Positions 36,550 through 45,999 of a stretch of DNA of 62,238 bases are shown here, piece after piece; position 1 is the stretch's first letter; every line of letters starts with the position of its first letter. Below the pieces are notes generated by a model, which did not search any database, was not told the DNA's origin, and worked only from the letters and a program-made list of their open reading frames with translations. Position numbers and translations under genes: made by a program. Source of the stretch: a virus (lineage: Duplodnaviria > Caudoviricetes); the IMG/VR virus record IMGVR_UViG_3300042541_000169, positions 1 through 62,238 of that record; one strand, given 5' to 3'.

Positions 36550-37019
36550 GTTGTGACAACGTGGTATAAGGAAGTGTCTAAAACATTTTATTCATAAAGA
36601 GCGTTTTATTCTGGGAGAGGAGAATAAAACAAAAGCCTTTGTAATCAACGTGTTAGAGGTGCTTTTTGGGGTAATATTCTTTTATTCTGTGATTTTGAGA
36701 ATGAGCGAGAGAATACGGCAAAGAGCAAAAGAGAAGAGCGAGTGCGAAGAAAAGCAAAGAAATTTAGGTAAAACTAAGTTTTTTAAAATTTAGACTTCAT
36801 ATATATATTTTAAAGAATAATAGAATAATAGGGATAAAACCGTCTGGAAACCCGCATGGTTGCTGGGTTTTATAATATTCTGTGCCTACAGAATTTTCTG
36901 GAATAATTGAATAAAATCAAAGACAGTATTGCCTTATAACGCGTTGACTTTTCTCTGAGCCATGTTTTTGTCCACATGAGCCAGTGCGTTTAAACGCAAG
37001 GCAATTAGATATGCGTCAG

Positions 37020-37230
37020 TGCGGCCAGCGTCGAGGGAACAGTTATCAGTATAATTCCGTACAGCTTCATATGATATGAAGCAACTTAGATTTTAAGCTA
37101 CAAACAAGTTGTAGTGTGATTTCTTGTGGCAACTTCTTTTGGTGTGATTACACCTCAAATCACGTGACAACTTGTTTGTAGGATGATTTATTTTCGCTGA
37201 TTGCGGCCAGCGTCGAGGGAACAGTTATCA
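37020..37230. repeat. Two exact 29-bp direct repeats (37020-37048, 37202-37230)
   Basis: TGCGGCCAGCGTCGAGGGAACAGTTATCA occurs twice. Confidence 0.9.
37064..37082. promoter_or_regulatory. Dyad copy 5, GCTTCATAT-G-ATATGAAGC
   Basis: Perfect 9-bp arms. Confidence 0.75.
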
Positions 37231-37330
37231 AAACTTTTCCACGTGGAAAAGTGTGAACATAGTAGATGTGGTTATGCGTGGTTTTGAATGTCGGCAACAT
37301 GGTATAAGATGGTTTACAAAAACGCGGACG

Positions 37331-37356
37331 AAAAAAAACCCCGCCGGAGCGGGGTT
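37331..37356 (-). terminator. Rho-independent terminator
   Basis: AACCCCGC-UCCG-GCGGGGUU followed by a U-tract, just after ORF 37369-37887. Confidence 0.88.
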
Positions 37357-37368
37357 CCTAGTGCCAGA

Positions 37369-37887
37369 TTACTCAGCGATCTCATCACCGTGCGCTGCAA
37401 AGAAATCTTTGAAACCATCATACAAACTTTCGTGCTGTGCGTTTTCAAACGCTGCTTGAATCACCGTGCAAAGGTCTTCAAAGGAACCGCCTTCATCATG
37501 ATTGAAAGCAGGGCGGAGCAGATCAACGAATGCCTTAGTACCTTTTGCTTTTGCTTCGCCTTTCGCCTTGCTTTTCTTTGATTGAGCAGGGTTCCATTCG
37601 ACTACCGGCTTACCGGTTTTCACCGCATCACGAAAGGTTGTCAGGTAATTTGCTGCCGTGCCTTTACCTAAACCGCCTGCTATCAACGCATCGTAGAACG
37701 CAGTAGCTACTGCACATTTCTTATTGTGTCCGACGATAACCTTCGCAGCATGTAATTGCGTCACGCCTTTGTTAACACCGTCAAGGCATGCAAGGCGTTT
37801 GGCTTCGAACCCTTTGGCCTCGATCAATTGAGCGCCACAGTTTGCAGCGATGGCGGAGAACGATACAGAATTATTTGCTTGTGTCAT
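37369..37887 (-). CDS. Hypothetical monocistronic early protein
   Basis: 172-aa Ala/Lys-rich ORF with its own terminator; upstream -10 region (37952-37966) nearly matches that of the 35276 promoter. Confidence 0.75.
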   Translation of the reverse strand: MTQANNSVSFSAIAANCGAQLIEAKGFEAKRLACLDGVNKGVTQLHAAKVIVGHNKKCAVATAFYDALIAGGLGKGTAANYLTTFRDAVKTGKPVVEWNPAQSKKSKAKGEAKAKGTKAFVDLLRPAFNHDEGGSFEDLCTVIQAAFENAQHESLYDGFKDFFAAHGDEIAE

Positions 37888-38013
37888 GAGTTACTTTCAT
37901 CAGCGCATGTTATAGGAAGGTACTGAGTCAGTGCGCTTATCTAATCCAGTGACTACATTATGACACATCTTATAGGGTAACGCACGAGATAGCGCTAACT
38001 TTACATGCCTACC

Positions 38014-38030
38014 CTTCATATCATATGAAG
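38014..38030. promoter_or_regulatory. Dyad copy 6, CTTCATAT-C-ATATGAAG
   Basis: In the divergent early/late intergenic region. Confidence 0.75.
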
Positions 38031-38386
38031 CAGGGCAGTGGCGACCCCCCACCCCCTAGATCGGGGCGGCTTGTTGGCGTAGTGCTATGCACTGTGTTTT
38101 ACTCAAAAGATTACAGCCGCCAATCTAACCCCGGTTACTTTCATGGCCGGGGTTCCGGAACCGTCCGAGTAACTTCCTACAACATCTTGTAGAGCGTTAA
38201 ATTAAAAGCCTATAGACTTTGTAAAACACCCCCTACCCCGTGCAAATTTACGCGACTCTGCATTTATTTCCGTATAGCAAACACCCCCCATCATCTTTCC
38301 ACACGAAATACCCCCACCCCTATATTATTTTTTACAAAACGTGTACACTTCGCACACAACTGGAGCCACAAAACGCTACCAAACAT

Positions 38387-39034
38387 ATGCAAATACTTGT
38401 TACGCCAGAGTTAGACGTACCTATTCCTTCTTCGCTAACCCCGCAAGAAGCCCAATCTCTGCATGAAAAAGCGAAAGCTGCTTTTAATACGGTAGAGTTT
38501 TTGGCCGCTATGGGGATGGAAGTTCCTGCGCCTACGATGCGGGAAAAGAAAGAAGCCCGTGCTCAATTCCTAGAAGCCCCTCACGCAGATATAGAGATCA
38601 AAAGTTCGGCTACTGCCTTAATGTTGAAGGCAATGCTCGACGAGTACGATGTTGAGGTGGTACGAAATGCCGCCCAAGTTCGGAACTACGTGAAGATGCG
38701 GCTGATGGCACTTACTGACTCTAATAAAGAATCCACCCAGTTAAAGGCGTTGGAGATGCTGGGCAAGATGAGTGACGTGGGTGCCTTTGCCGAACGGGTA
38801 GAGATTAATGTTACACATCGAACAACTGAAGAGTTGCAGTCCGAACTGGCTAATAAGCTCCATGCTTATATGCACGACATCATTGATGTAGAAGCTACGG
38901 CCATAACCGTTCCAGAAGAACGCTATTTGAACAATGCCCCTGCGGTGCAGGTGATTGATCTGGATGAGGAGCTTGGGTTTACCGGGAAAGAACTAGAGAT
39001 AACGGCTGAAGTGGAAGACTTTGACGATGAGTAA
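38387..39034 (+). CDS. Probable terminase small subunit
   Basis: Directly upstream of TerL; QLKALEMLGK...F.ERVEI pattern; start at ATG 38387 inferred. Confidence 0.6.
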   Translation: MQILVTPELDVPIPSSLTPQEAQSLHEKAKAAFNTVEFLAAMGMEVPAPTMREKKEARAQFLEAPHADIEIKSSATALMLKAMLDEYDVEVVRNAAQVRNYVKMRLMALTDSNKESTQLKALEMLGKMSDVGAFAERVEINVTHRTTEELQSELANKLHAYMHDIIDVEATAITVPEERYLNNAPAVQVIDLDEELGFTGKELEITAEVEDFDDE

Positions 39035-40574
39035 TAGCGCATTAGCTGCGGTATTAGATCAGATTCAAACTTTGCCTGTTGATAAACAAGCGTTGTTAAT
39101 TAGTAGACTGCCTAAGGACGAGCAGGAAACCGTCACCGAGATTCTGGATGAGTTAAATACCCGTAAGTTACGGAGTAAAGCGTCAGATGACTTCATGGTG
39201 TTTGTGCAGGAGATGTGGCCTAACTTCATTCATGGTCGGCATCACGCCAAGATGGCTAGGGCGTTTGAGCGGGTGGCTAACGGGGAGTGTAAACGGCTCA
39301 TTATCAACATGCCGCCCCGTCATACCAAATCAGAATTCGCTTCATATCTGCTTCCAGCATGGTTTTTTGGTAAATTTCCGGGCAAAAAAGTCATTCAAAC
39401 GTCCCATACAGCCGAATTAGCGGTAGGTTTCGGTCGAAAAGTGCGAAATTTAGTGGATTCTGCTAACTATAAGCGGATATTCCCGGCACTAGACCTGCAA
39501 TCTGACTCAAAAGCAGCAGGTCGGTGGAACACAAACTTCGGCGGCGAGTACTTCGCTATCGGTATTGGCGGTGCGGTAACCGGTAAAGGTGCCGACATAC
39601 TAATAATAGATGACCCGCACTCAGAACAAGAGGCCGCTATGGCCCAGACTAACCCGGAAGTCTACGATAAGACGTATGAGTGGTACACATCTGGCCCTCG
39701 TCAGCGTCTCCAGCCGGGGGGTTCTATCGTAATGGTGATGACCCGCTGGTCTAAACGCGATTTAACGGGTCAAGTAATCAAAGCGGCGGCTCAAAGGTCG
39801 GGTGAAGAGTGGGAAGTGATCGAGTTTCCAGCGATTTTGCCCTCTGGCAAGCCACTATGGCCTGAATTTTGGTCATTAGAAGAGCTTTCTGCCCTAAAAG
39901 AGGAACTTCCGAACGCTAAATGGCAAGCGCAGTACATGCAGCAGCCGACATCGGACGTGTCAGCGATTGTGAAGCGCGAATGGTGGAAGATATGGGATAG
40001 TGAGCGTCCGCCTAGCTGCGAGTTTATTATTCAGTCTTGGGACACGGCGTTCTTAAAGACAGAACGGGCCGACTATTCTGCGTGTACAACGTGGGGTGTG
40101 TTTTATCAGGACGATGCGCTGGGCAGGTCGCGGGCTAATATTATTCTGTTGAATGCGTTTAAGAAGCGCATGGAGTTCCCAGAGCTAAAGGCCAGAGCCT
40201 ATGAAGAGTTTAATGAGTGGGACGTTGACTCACTTATTGTAGAGGCCAAGGCAGCAGGGTCACCGCTGATATTTGAGTTGCGGCAGATGGGCATCCCGGT
40301 GCAGGAGTTTACGCCTAGTAAAGGCAACGACAAGATAGCGCGGTTAAACGCGGTGGCTGATATATTTGCGTCAGGACACGTTTGGGTGCCTAATACGCAC
40401 TGGGCAGAAGAGTTAATTGAAGAAGTTGCGTCGTTCCCATCGGGGGAGCATGATGACCTAGTGGACTCCATGACACAAGCATTGCTGCGCTATAGGCGTG
40501 GTGGGTTTATTCAGTTGGCGTCTGACGAAGAAGATGAACCACGGCAGTTTCGTAGGAAAGAGCCGTACTACTAA
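39021..40574 (+). CDS. terL: Terminase large subunit
   Basis: INMPPRHTKS, LIIDDP, MTRW, QYMQQP, SWDTA, HDDLVDSMTQAL. Confidence 0.95.
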   Translation: MTMSNSALAAVLDQIQTLPVDKQALLISRLPKDEQETVTEILDELNTRKLRSKASDDFMVFVQEMWPNFIHGRHHAKMARAFERVANGECKRLIINMPPRHTKSEFASYLLPAWFFGKFPGKKVIQTSHTAELAVGFGRKVRNLVDSANYKRIFPALDLQSDSKAAGRWNTNFGGEYFAIGIGGAVTGKGADILIIDDPHSEQEAAMAQTNPEVYDKTYEWYTSGPRQRLQPGGSIVMVMTRWSKRDLTGQVIKAAAQRSGEEWEVIEFPAILPSGKPLWPEFWSLEELSALKEELPNAKWQAQYMQQPTSDVSAIVKREWWKIWDSERPPSCEFIIQSWDTAFLKTERADYSACTTWGVFYQDDALGRSRANIILLNAFKKRMEFPELKARAYEEFNEWDVDSLIVEAKAAGSPLIFELRQMGIPVQEFTPSKGNDKIARLNAVADIFASGHVWVPNTHWAEELIEEVASFPSGEHDDLVDSMTQALLRYRRGGFIQLASDEEDEPRQFRRKEPYY

Positions 40575-40583
40575 GGATGAAAC

Positions 40584-43121
40584 ATGGCTATTGAAAAGTC
40601 ACTGTACGCCGCCCCGCAAGGCTTGGACGAGCTTGAGGCAATGGACGCTGGCACACCTGAAATTGAGATTGAGATCGAAGACCCTGAATCGGTTCGGATT
40701 GGTATGGGCGATTTGGAGATTGAGATTGAGCCGGACGCAGAGTCAGAAGATGACTTCAACGCTAACCTTGCAGAATATATTAGCGAAGAGGCGTTGCAGA
40801 ATCTTGCCAGTGAATTGATTAGCGATTACGACGAGGACGTAGCCAGCCGCAAGGATTGGATGCAGACTTACGTTGATGGCTTGGAACTGCTGGGTATGAA
40901 GATTGAAGATCGCACGGAGCCGTGGGAAGGTGCGTGTGGTGTGTACCACCCGATGCTGTCTGAGGCGCTGGTGAAGTTTCAGTCTGAGACGATGATGGCA
41001 ACGTTCCCCGCCGCTGGCCCAGTTAAGACACAGATTATTGGTAAAGAGACGCCGGATAAGAAAGCCGCTGCGACCCGCGTTGCGGACGATATGAACTATC
41101 AGTTGACGGACGTGATGAAAGAGTTTCGTCCAGAACATGAGCGCATGCTCTGGGGCTTGGGTCTGGCTGGCAATGCGTTTAAGAAGGTGTACTTTGACCC
41201 GGGCCTTGATCGTCAGGTGTCATTGTTCGTCCCTGCGGAAGATATTGTTGTGCCGTATGGCGCGTCTAATTTAGATTCCTCCCCGCGTGTAACGCATGTG
41301 ATGCGCAAGACTGAGAACGAGCTACGCAAGTTGCAGGTAGCTGGGTTCTACGCGGACGTTGATCTGGGCACACCAGAGAACGTGCTGGATGAGGTTGAGA
41401 AGAAGATTGCGGAGAAGATGGGTTTCCGCGCAACAGCCGACAATAGGTTCAAACTGTTGGAGATGAACGTAGACCTTGATTTGGAAGGCTATGAGCACAA
41501 GGATAAGAAAAAAGAAAAGACTGGGATTGCGCTGCCTTACGTTGTGACGATTGAGAAGGGGTCAGGTGAAGTATTAGCGATCCGTCGCAATTGGGAACCT
41601 GATGATGAGACCTACGCAAAGCGCCAACACTTTGTTCACTACGGATATGTACCGGGCTTTGGCTTCTATTGCTTTGGCCTGATCCACCTCATTGGGGCTT
41701 TCGCTAAGTCAGGCACTTCACTGATTCGTCAGTTGGTTGACGCTGGTACGCTATCTAATTTGCCCGGCGGCTTTAAGACCCGAGGCATGCGGATCAAGGG
41801 CGACGATACACCGATTGCGCCGGGTGAATGGCGTGATGCGGACGTGGCCAGCGGTGTGTTGCGCGACAACTTAATGCCGTTGCCTTATAAAGAGCCGTCG
41901 CAAGTTCTTGCTGGGCTGATGGATAAGATCATTGAAGAAGGTCGCAGATTTGCTAACACGGCTGACTTGACCTTGAGTGATATGAGTGCGCAAGCGCCTG
42001 TGGGGACTACGCTGGCTATTCTGGAGCGCACACTCAAGAACATGAGTGCGATTCAGGCGCGGGTACATTACTCGATGAAGCAGGAGTTGGGTCTCCTCAA
42101 GAACATCATCGCTGAGTACACACCGGAGGACTATGACTACCAGCCAACGCAGGGTAGCCGGAAGGCTAAGAAGTCTGACTACGACGACGTGGATGTCATC
42201 CCGGTTAGTGACCCTAACGCCAGCACAATGGCGCAAAAGATTGTGCAGTACCAAGCTGTATTGCAGTTGGCTCAAGGTGCTCCGCAACTCTATAACTTAC
42301 CTTTACTCCACCGGCAGATGCTTGAGGTGCTGGGTATCAGAGAAGCGCAGAAACTTGTGCCGATGGATGAAGACCAGAAGCCAACCGACCCGGTAAGCGA
42401 GAACCAGAACGTGTTGTCAGGCAAACCGGTTAAAGCGTTCCTAACGCAAGATCATCAGGCACATATTGTTGTGCACATGGCTGCTATGCAGGACCCTAAG
42501 ATCATGGCGCTGTTGCAAAACAACCCGATGGCACCGGCTCTACAGTCCGCAATGATGGCCCATATTAATGAGCACTTGGGCTTTGAGTACCGCAAGCAGA
42601 TTGAAGAACAACTTGGTATGACGTTGCCACCTCAGAAGGATGAGTCTGGCGAAGAAGTACACATGTCACCTGAAGTAGAAACACGTCTGGCTCCGATGCT
42701 GGCGCAAGCCGCCAAGCAGTTGCTCCAGAAAAATACGCAAGAAGCACAGCAAGCGCAACAACAGCAGCAAGCACAAGACCCGATTGTGCAGATGCAGATG
42801 CAAGAGTTGCAGCTTAAAGCGCAAGACAACCAGCGCAAGGTTGAGAAAGATAAGGCTGACGTTGCCCTCAAACAGGCACAGCAAGAGATCGAGCGGCAAA
42901 GAATTGCCTCCCAAGTTTCCACTGATGACAAACGCATCAAGATGGACGCAATGAAGGTAGCCGCACAAATGCAGGAAACCCGGCAAAGCAGCATGGCAAC
43001 TATGGGAGTAGATGTGCTCAAACATCTCTCTAATAAGAGTCACGAAGAGCAATTACGAGCAATGCAGGAGCGGATTCAAACCCGTCAACAGCAAGCAAGA
43101 GCACCTAAGAAAGGCGAGTAA
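40584..43121 (+). CDS. Portal protein (P22-like, long C-terminal coiled coil)
   Basis: 845 aa directly after TerL; FKKVYFD; Gln-rich helical tail. Confidence 0.88.
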   Translation: MAIEKSLYAAPQGLDELEAMDAGTPEIEIEIEDPESVRIGMGDLEIEIEPDAESEDDFNANLAEYISEEALQNLASELISDYDEDVASRKDWMQTYVDGLELLGMKIEDRTEPWEGACGVYHPMLSEALVKFQSETMMATFPAAGPVKTQIIGKETPDKKAAATRVADDMNYQLTDVMKEFRPEHERMLWGLGLAGNAFKKVYFDPGLDRQVSLFVPAEDIVVPYGASNLDSSPRVTHVMRKTENELRKLQVAGFYADVDLGTPENVLDEVEKKIAEKMGFRATADNRFKLLEMNVDLDLEGYEHKDKKKEKTGIALPYVVTIEKGSGEVLAIRRNWEPDDETYAKRQHFVHYGYVPGFGFYCFGLIHLIGAFAKSGTSLIRQLVDAGTLSNLPGGFKTRGMRIKGDDTPIAPGEWRDADVASGVLRDNLMPLPYKEPSQVLAGLMDKIIEEGRRFANTADLTLSDMSAQAPVGTTLAILERTLKNMSAIQARVHYSMKQELGLLKNIIAEYTPEDYDYQPTQGSRKAKKSDYDDVDVIPVSDPNASTMAQKIVQYQAVLQLAQGAPQLYNLPLLHRQMLEVLGIREAQKLVPMDEDQKPTDPVSENQNVLSGKPVKAFLTQDHQAHIVVHMAAMQDPKIMALLQNNPMAPALQSAMMAHINEHLGFEYRKQIEEQLGMTLPPQKDESGEEVHMSPEVETRLAPMLAQAAKQLLQKNTQEAQQAQQQQQAQDPIVQMQMQELQLKAQDNQRKVEKDKADVALKQAQQEIERQRIASQVSTDDKRIKMDAMKVAAQMQETRQSSMATMGVDVLKHLSNKSHEEQLRAMQERIQTRQQQARAPKKGE

Positions 43122-43309
43122 TGGACGCATTTGGCATCCTTGTCCAACAAGCGGACGAGAAAATTATACAACTCAAAGACTATTTGGCCGAAGGGAAGGC
43201 CGAGTCTTTTGAGGAATACAAAAAACTGTGTGGCGAGGTTAGGGGTCTACTCATCATGCGGGGATACGTATTAGACCTCAAACAAAGATTGGAGAACTCG
43301 GATGAATAG
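43121..43309 (+). CDS. Small head-module protein
   Basis: EEYKKLCGEVRGL; coupled to the portal stop. Confidence 0.75.
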   Translation: MDAFGILVQQADEKIIQLKDYLAEGKAESFEEYKKLCGEVRGLLIMRGYVLDLKQRLENSDE

Positions 43310-43730
43310 TTCCATCCTGTTAGCTACAGACGCTAACAACCCACAAGTTGTTGGTTCCTATGACTTTGCCGCAACCGCAGAGGAAAAGGGAAAACAACTC
43401 CCCCGCCCATCGGGTTATCGAATTCTCTGCGCCATCCCAGAAGCAGAAAAAGAATTTGAAGACAGCGAGATTGGGTTACTCAAGTCCGACGAAACCATGC
43501 GAAACGAAGAGACCCTCACAACGGTCTTGTTCGTGGTAGACCTTGGCCCTGATTGCTATAAAGATGAAAAGCGGTTCCCCAATGGCGCTTGGTGTAAGCA
43601 AGGTGATTTTGTTCTTGTCCGCCCGCATACTGGTTCCCGATTGGTTATTCATGGCCGAGAGTTCCGCATTATCAATGACGACACCGTTGAGGCCGTTGTT
43701 GACGATCCCCGTGGTATTAAACGTAAATAA
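43302..43730 (+). CDS. groES: GroES/Cpn10-like co-chaperonin
   Basis: PSGYRILC, VVDLGPD, GDFVLV, GREFRIINDDTVEAVV. Confidence 0.8.
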   Translation: MNSSILLATDANNPQVVGSYDFAATAEEKGKQLPRPSGYRILCAIPEAEKEFEDSEIGLLKSDETMRNEETLTTVLFVVDLGPDCYKDEKRFPNGAWCKQGDFVLVRPHTGSRLVIHGREFRIINDDTVEAVVDDPRGIKRK

Positions 43731-43741
43731 AGGAGCACAAA

Positions 43742-44686
43742 ATGCCTTTGGACGACGACACAGAATTTAAATTTCCTGATGAAGTTACACAGGAAGCTAC
43801 TGAAATTGAAATTGAGATTGAAGACGACGCACCACCAGAAGATCGTGGCCGTCAGCCTTTGCCCAAACCTCTGGTTGAGGAGTTGGAGAAGGATGAGCTT
43901 GATCAATATGACGACAATGTAAAGACCAAACTTAAACAAATGCGTAAGGTTTGGCACGACGAACGTCGTGAAAAAGAGTCCGCCTTGCGCGAACAGCAAG
44001 AAGCTGTTGGTTTAGCCCACAGATTGCTGGAAGAGAATAAGCGCATAAAAGACATTCTTACTAATGGTGAGAAAGAATACGTCACGACCATTCAGAGTAA
44101 TTCTGATATGGAACTAAAAATTGCTCAACGGGCGTATAAGGAAGCCTACGAAGCAGGTGATTCCGACAAGATGATGGAGGCCAACCAAGCCTTGCAAATG
44201 GCTAACTTAAAAGCCATACAGGTAAGAAACTTTAGAATGCCCTCTTTACAAGAGGAACAAGTTCCTGTACAAACTCAATCTGTGCAGTACCAACCTGCAC
44301 CGTATGTACCTGAACCTGACGATAAAGCCGTAACGTGGCAAAAGCGAAATGGCTGGTTTGGTCAGAATCGGGGCATGACGGCCTTTGCCCTTGGTCTACA
44401 CGAAGAACTCAAGGAAAATGGGGTTGAGGTTGGTTCTGAAGACTATTACCGCGAATTGGACAAAACAATGCGCAGACGGTTCCCCGAAAATTTCGAGGGC
44501 CAAGAAGAACAAAGACAGCAGAGTGGCCGAACAAGACCCGGCACCGTTGTCGCATCGGCAGTTCGTAGCACGGCCCCCACTAAGGTCAAGCTAAAGCAAA
44601 GCCAAGTAAACCTAGCTCGGAAGCTGGGTTTAACGCCTGAACAATATGTGAAGGCACAACTTGAACTGGAGGCCCGTAATGGCTGA
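43742..44686 (+). CDS. Scaffolding protein
   Basis: Acidic N-terminus, coiled coil, C-terminal ARKLGLTPEQYVK; lies between portal and capsid. Confidence 0.75.
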   Translation: MPLDDDTEFKFPDEVTQEATEIEIEIEDDAPPEDRGRQPLPKPLVEELEKDELDQYDDNVKTKLKQMRKVWHDERREKESALREQQEAVGLAHRLLEENKRIKDILTNGEKEYVTTIQSNSDMELKIAQRAYKEAYEAGDSDKMMEANQALQMANLKAIQVRNFRMPSLQEEQVPVQTQSVQYQPAPYVPEPDDKAVTWQKRNGWFGQNRGMTAFALGLHEELKENGVEVGSEDYYRELDKTMRRRFPENFEGQEEQRQQSGRTRPGTVVASAVRSTAPTKVKLKQSQVNLARKLGLTPEQYVKAQLELEARNG

Positions 44687-45137
44687 TATTAAAGATAATA
44701 AACTCACACGCGAGTTAACAACACGCGCGGTACAAGAGCGTCCCAAGCAGTGGATGCAACCTGAATTGTTGCCCGAGCCAGACAAGCAGCCGGGCTTCAG
44801 CTACCGCTGGGTTCGTGTTTCGACAATGAACAACGCTGACCCACGTAACCTTTCGGCCAAACTCCGAGAAGGCTGGGAACCCGTATCCGTTGAAGAACAA
44901 CCAAAATTCCGACTGTTAGCCGATCCCAATAGCCGTTTTAAAGACAGCATTGAGGTTGGTGGGCTGTTGCTTTGCAAGACACCTACTGAGTTCGTACAAC
45001 AGCGAAATGACCATTTTGCTAATATTACGCAATCCCAGACAGATGCTGTAGACAATAGCTTCATGCGTCAAAGTGATGCGCGGATGCCTCTCTTTACAGA
45101 GAAAAAATCCTCGTCGAGCTTTGGTAAAGGAACTTAA
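44679..45137 (+). CDS. Head-module hypothetical protein
   Basis: YRWVR, REGWEPV, GGLLLCK; GGAGG SD before ATG 44679. Confidence 0.75.
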   Translation: MADIKDNKLTRELTTRAVQERPKQWMQPELLPEPDKQPGFSYRWVRVSTMNNADPRNLSAKLREGWEPVSVEEQPKFRLLADPNSRFKDSIEVGGLLLCKTPTEFVQQRNDHFANITQSQTDAVDNSFMRQSDARMPLFTEKKSSSSFGKGT

Positions 45138-45154
45138 ATTTTAAGGAGTCTTAA

Positions 45155-45988
45155 ATGGCTTATCCCGTCGTCTCGGCCCCCTACGGCCTAAAGCCGATCA
45201 ATCTGATTGGCGGTCAGGTATTTGCTGGTTCTACCCGCAATTATCCGATCCAGTATGGTTACGCAACGAACATCTTTTACGGTGATATCGTAAACATTAT
45301 TCGTGGTTCTATTGTAGATAACGCAGATACTACTGACTCTACCGGCACCGGTATTGTTGGTGTTTTCTTGGGTTGTTCTTACACTAACCCCACGACCAAG
45401 CAAAAGCAATTTGCACAATACTGGCCCGCCGGTACTGCTGCTGGTGATTGCCAAGCTATTGTTTGTGATGATCCTGACACAGTGTTCAAAGTGGTTATGT
45501 GCTCCGCTACAACGGTCATTGCCTCCGCTGCTAATGCCATGTTGGGTCAAAACTTTGGTTTGATTCAGAATGCAGGTAACGTCAACACAGGTAATTCTGC
45601 TGTTGCTGCCCTCTATTCCTCATCTACCACTAGCGCAGATTTGGCATTGCGTGTGGTTGGTTTGGTTGGCGAAACTGCCATTCAAACTAGCGTGACTGGC
45701 TCATCTTCTTCTACTACTATTACTTGCTCGGCTTTGCCTAACGCATTAGTGGTTGGTACTGATGTGGCTTACATAGCTGCTAATGGTCAATTAGTTCAAA
45801 CTGGTTCGTATGTATCTGCGGCTGCGGCTGCTGGTGCAACGTCAGTGACCATCAATTCTACGATTGCAGTTCCCGGCAGTGTGACCGCTATCCCTAGCGC
45901 GTCCACTATTCTTTTCACTCAGTTTCCAGAAATGCTTGTCAAACTCAACTTTGGCACCCATTCCTATTACACTGCCACTGCGGTCTAA
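45155..45988 (+). CDS. Capsid cement/decoration-like protein
   Basis: Directly upstream of the MCP; beta-rich; GVFLGCSY; Ser/Thr-rich insertion. Confidence 0.65.
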   Translation: MAYPVVSAPYGLKPINLIGGQVFAGSTRNYPIQYGYATNIFYGDIVNIIRGSIVDNADTTDSTGTGIVGVFLGCSYTNPTTKQKQFAQYWPAGTAAGDCQAIVCDDPDTVFKVVMCSATTVIASAANAMLGQNFGLIQNAGNVNTGNSAVAALYSSSTTSADLALRVVGLVGETAIQTSVTGSSSSTTITCSALPNALVVGTDVAYIAANGQLVQTGSYVSAAAAAGATSVTINSTIAVPGSVTAIPSASTILFTQFPEMLVKLNFGTHSYYTATAV

Positions 45989-45999
45989 GGAGCTAAATC

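Larger units (their letters stand above)
36550..37330. other. Large non-coding, partly AT-rich region; candidate replication origin / control region
   Basis: Repeated AGAATA/TATTCT, several inverted repeats, two 29-bp direct repeats, no credible ORF. Confidence 0.55.

Noticed and set aside
37020-37230. Mini CRISPR array from the 29-bp repeats
   Set aside because: Only two repeats, 153-bp interval, no cas operon; the Cas4-like gene is an ordinary phage replication exonuclease
37233-37252. Protelomerase (telRL) site
   Set aside because: Palindrome is only 20 bp and no protelomerase or tyrosine-recombinase gene is recognisable
38240-38386. N-terminal extension of the TerS-like ORF
   Set aside because: Runs through C-tract non-coding-like sequence; ATG 38387 is a more plausible start
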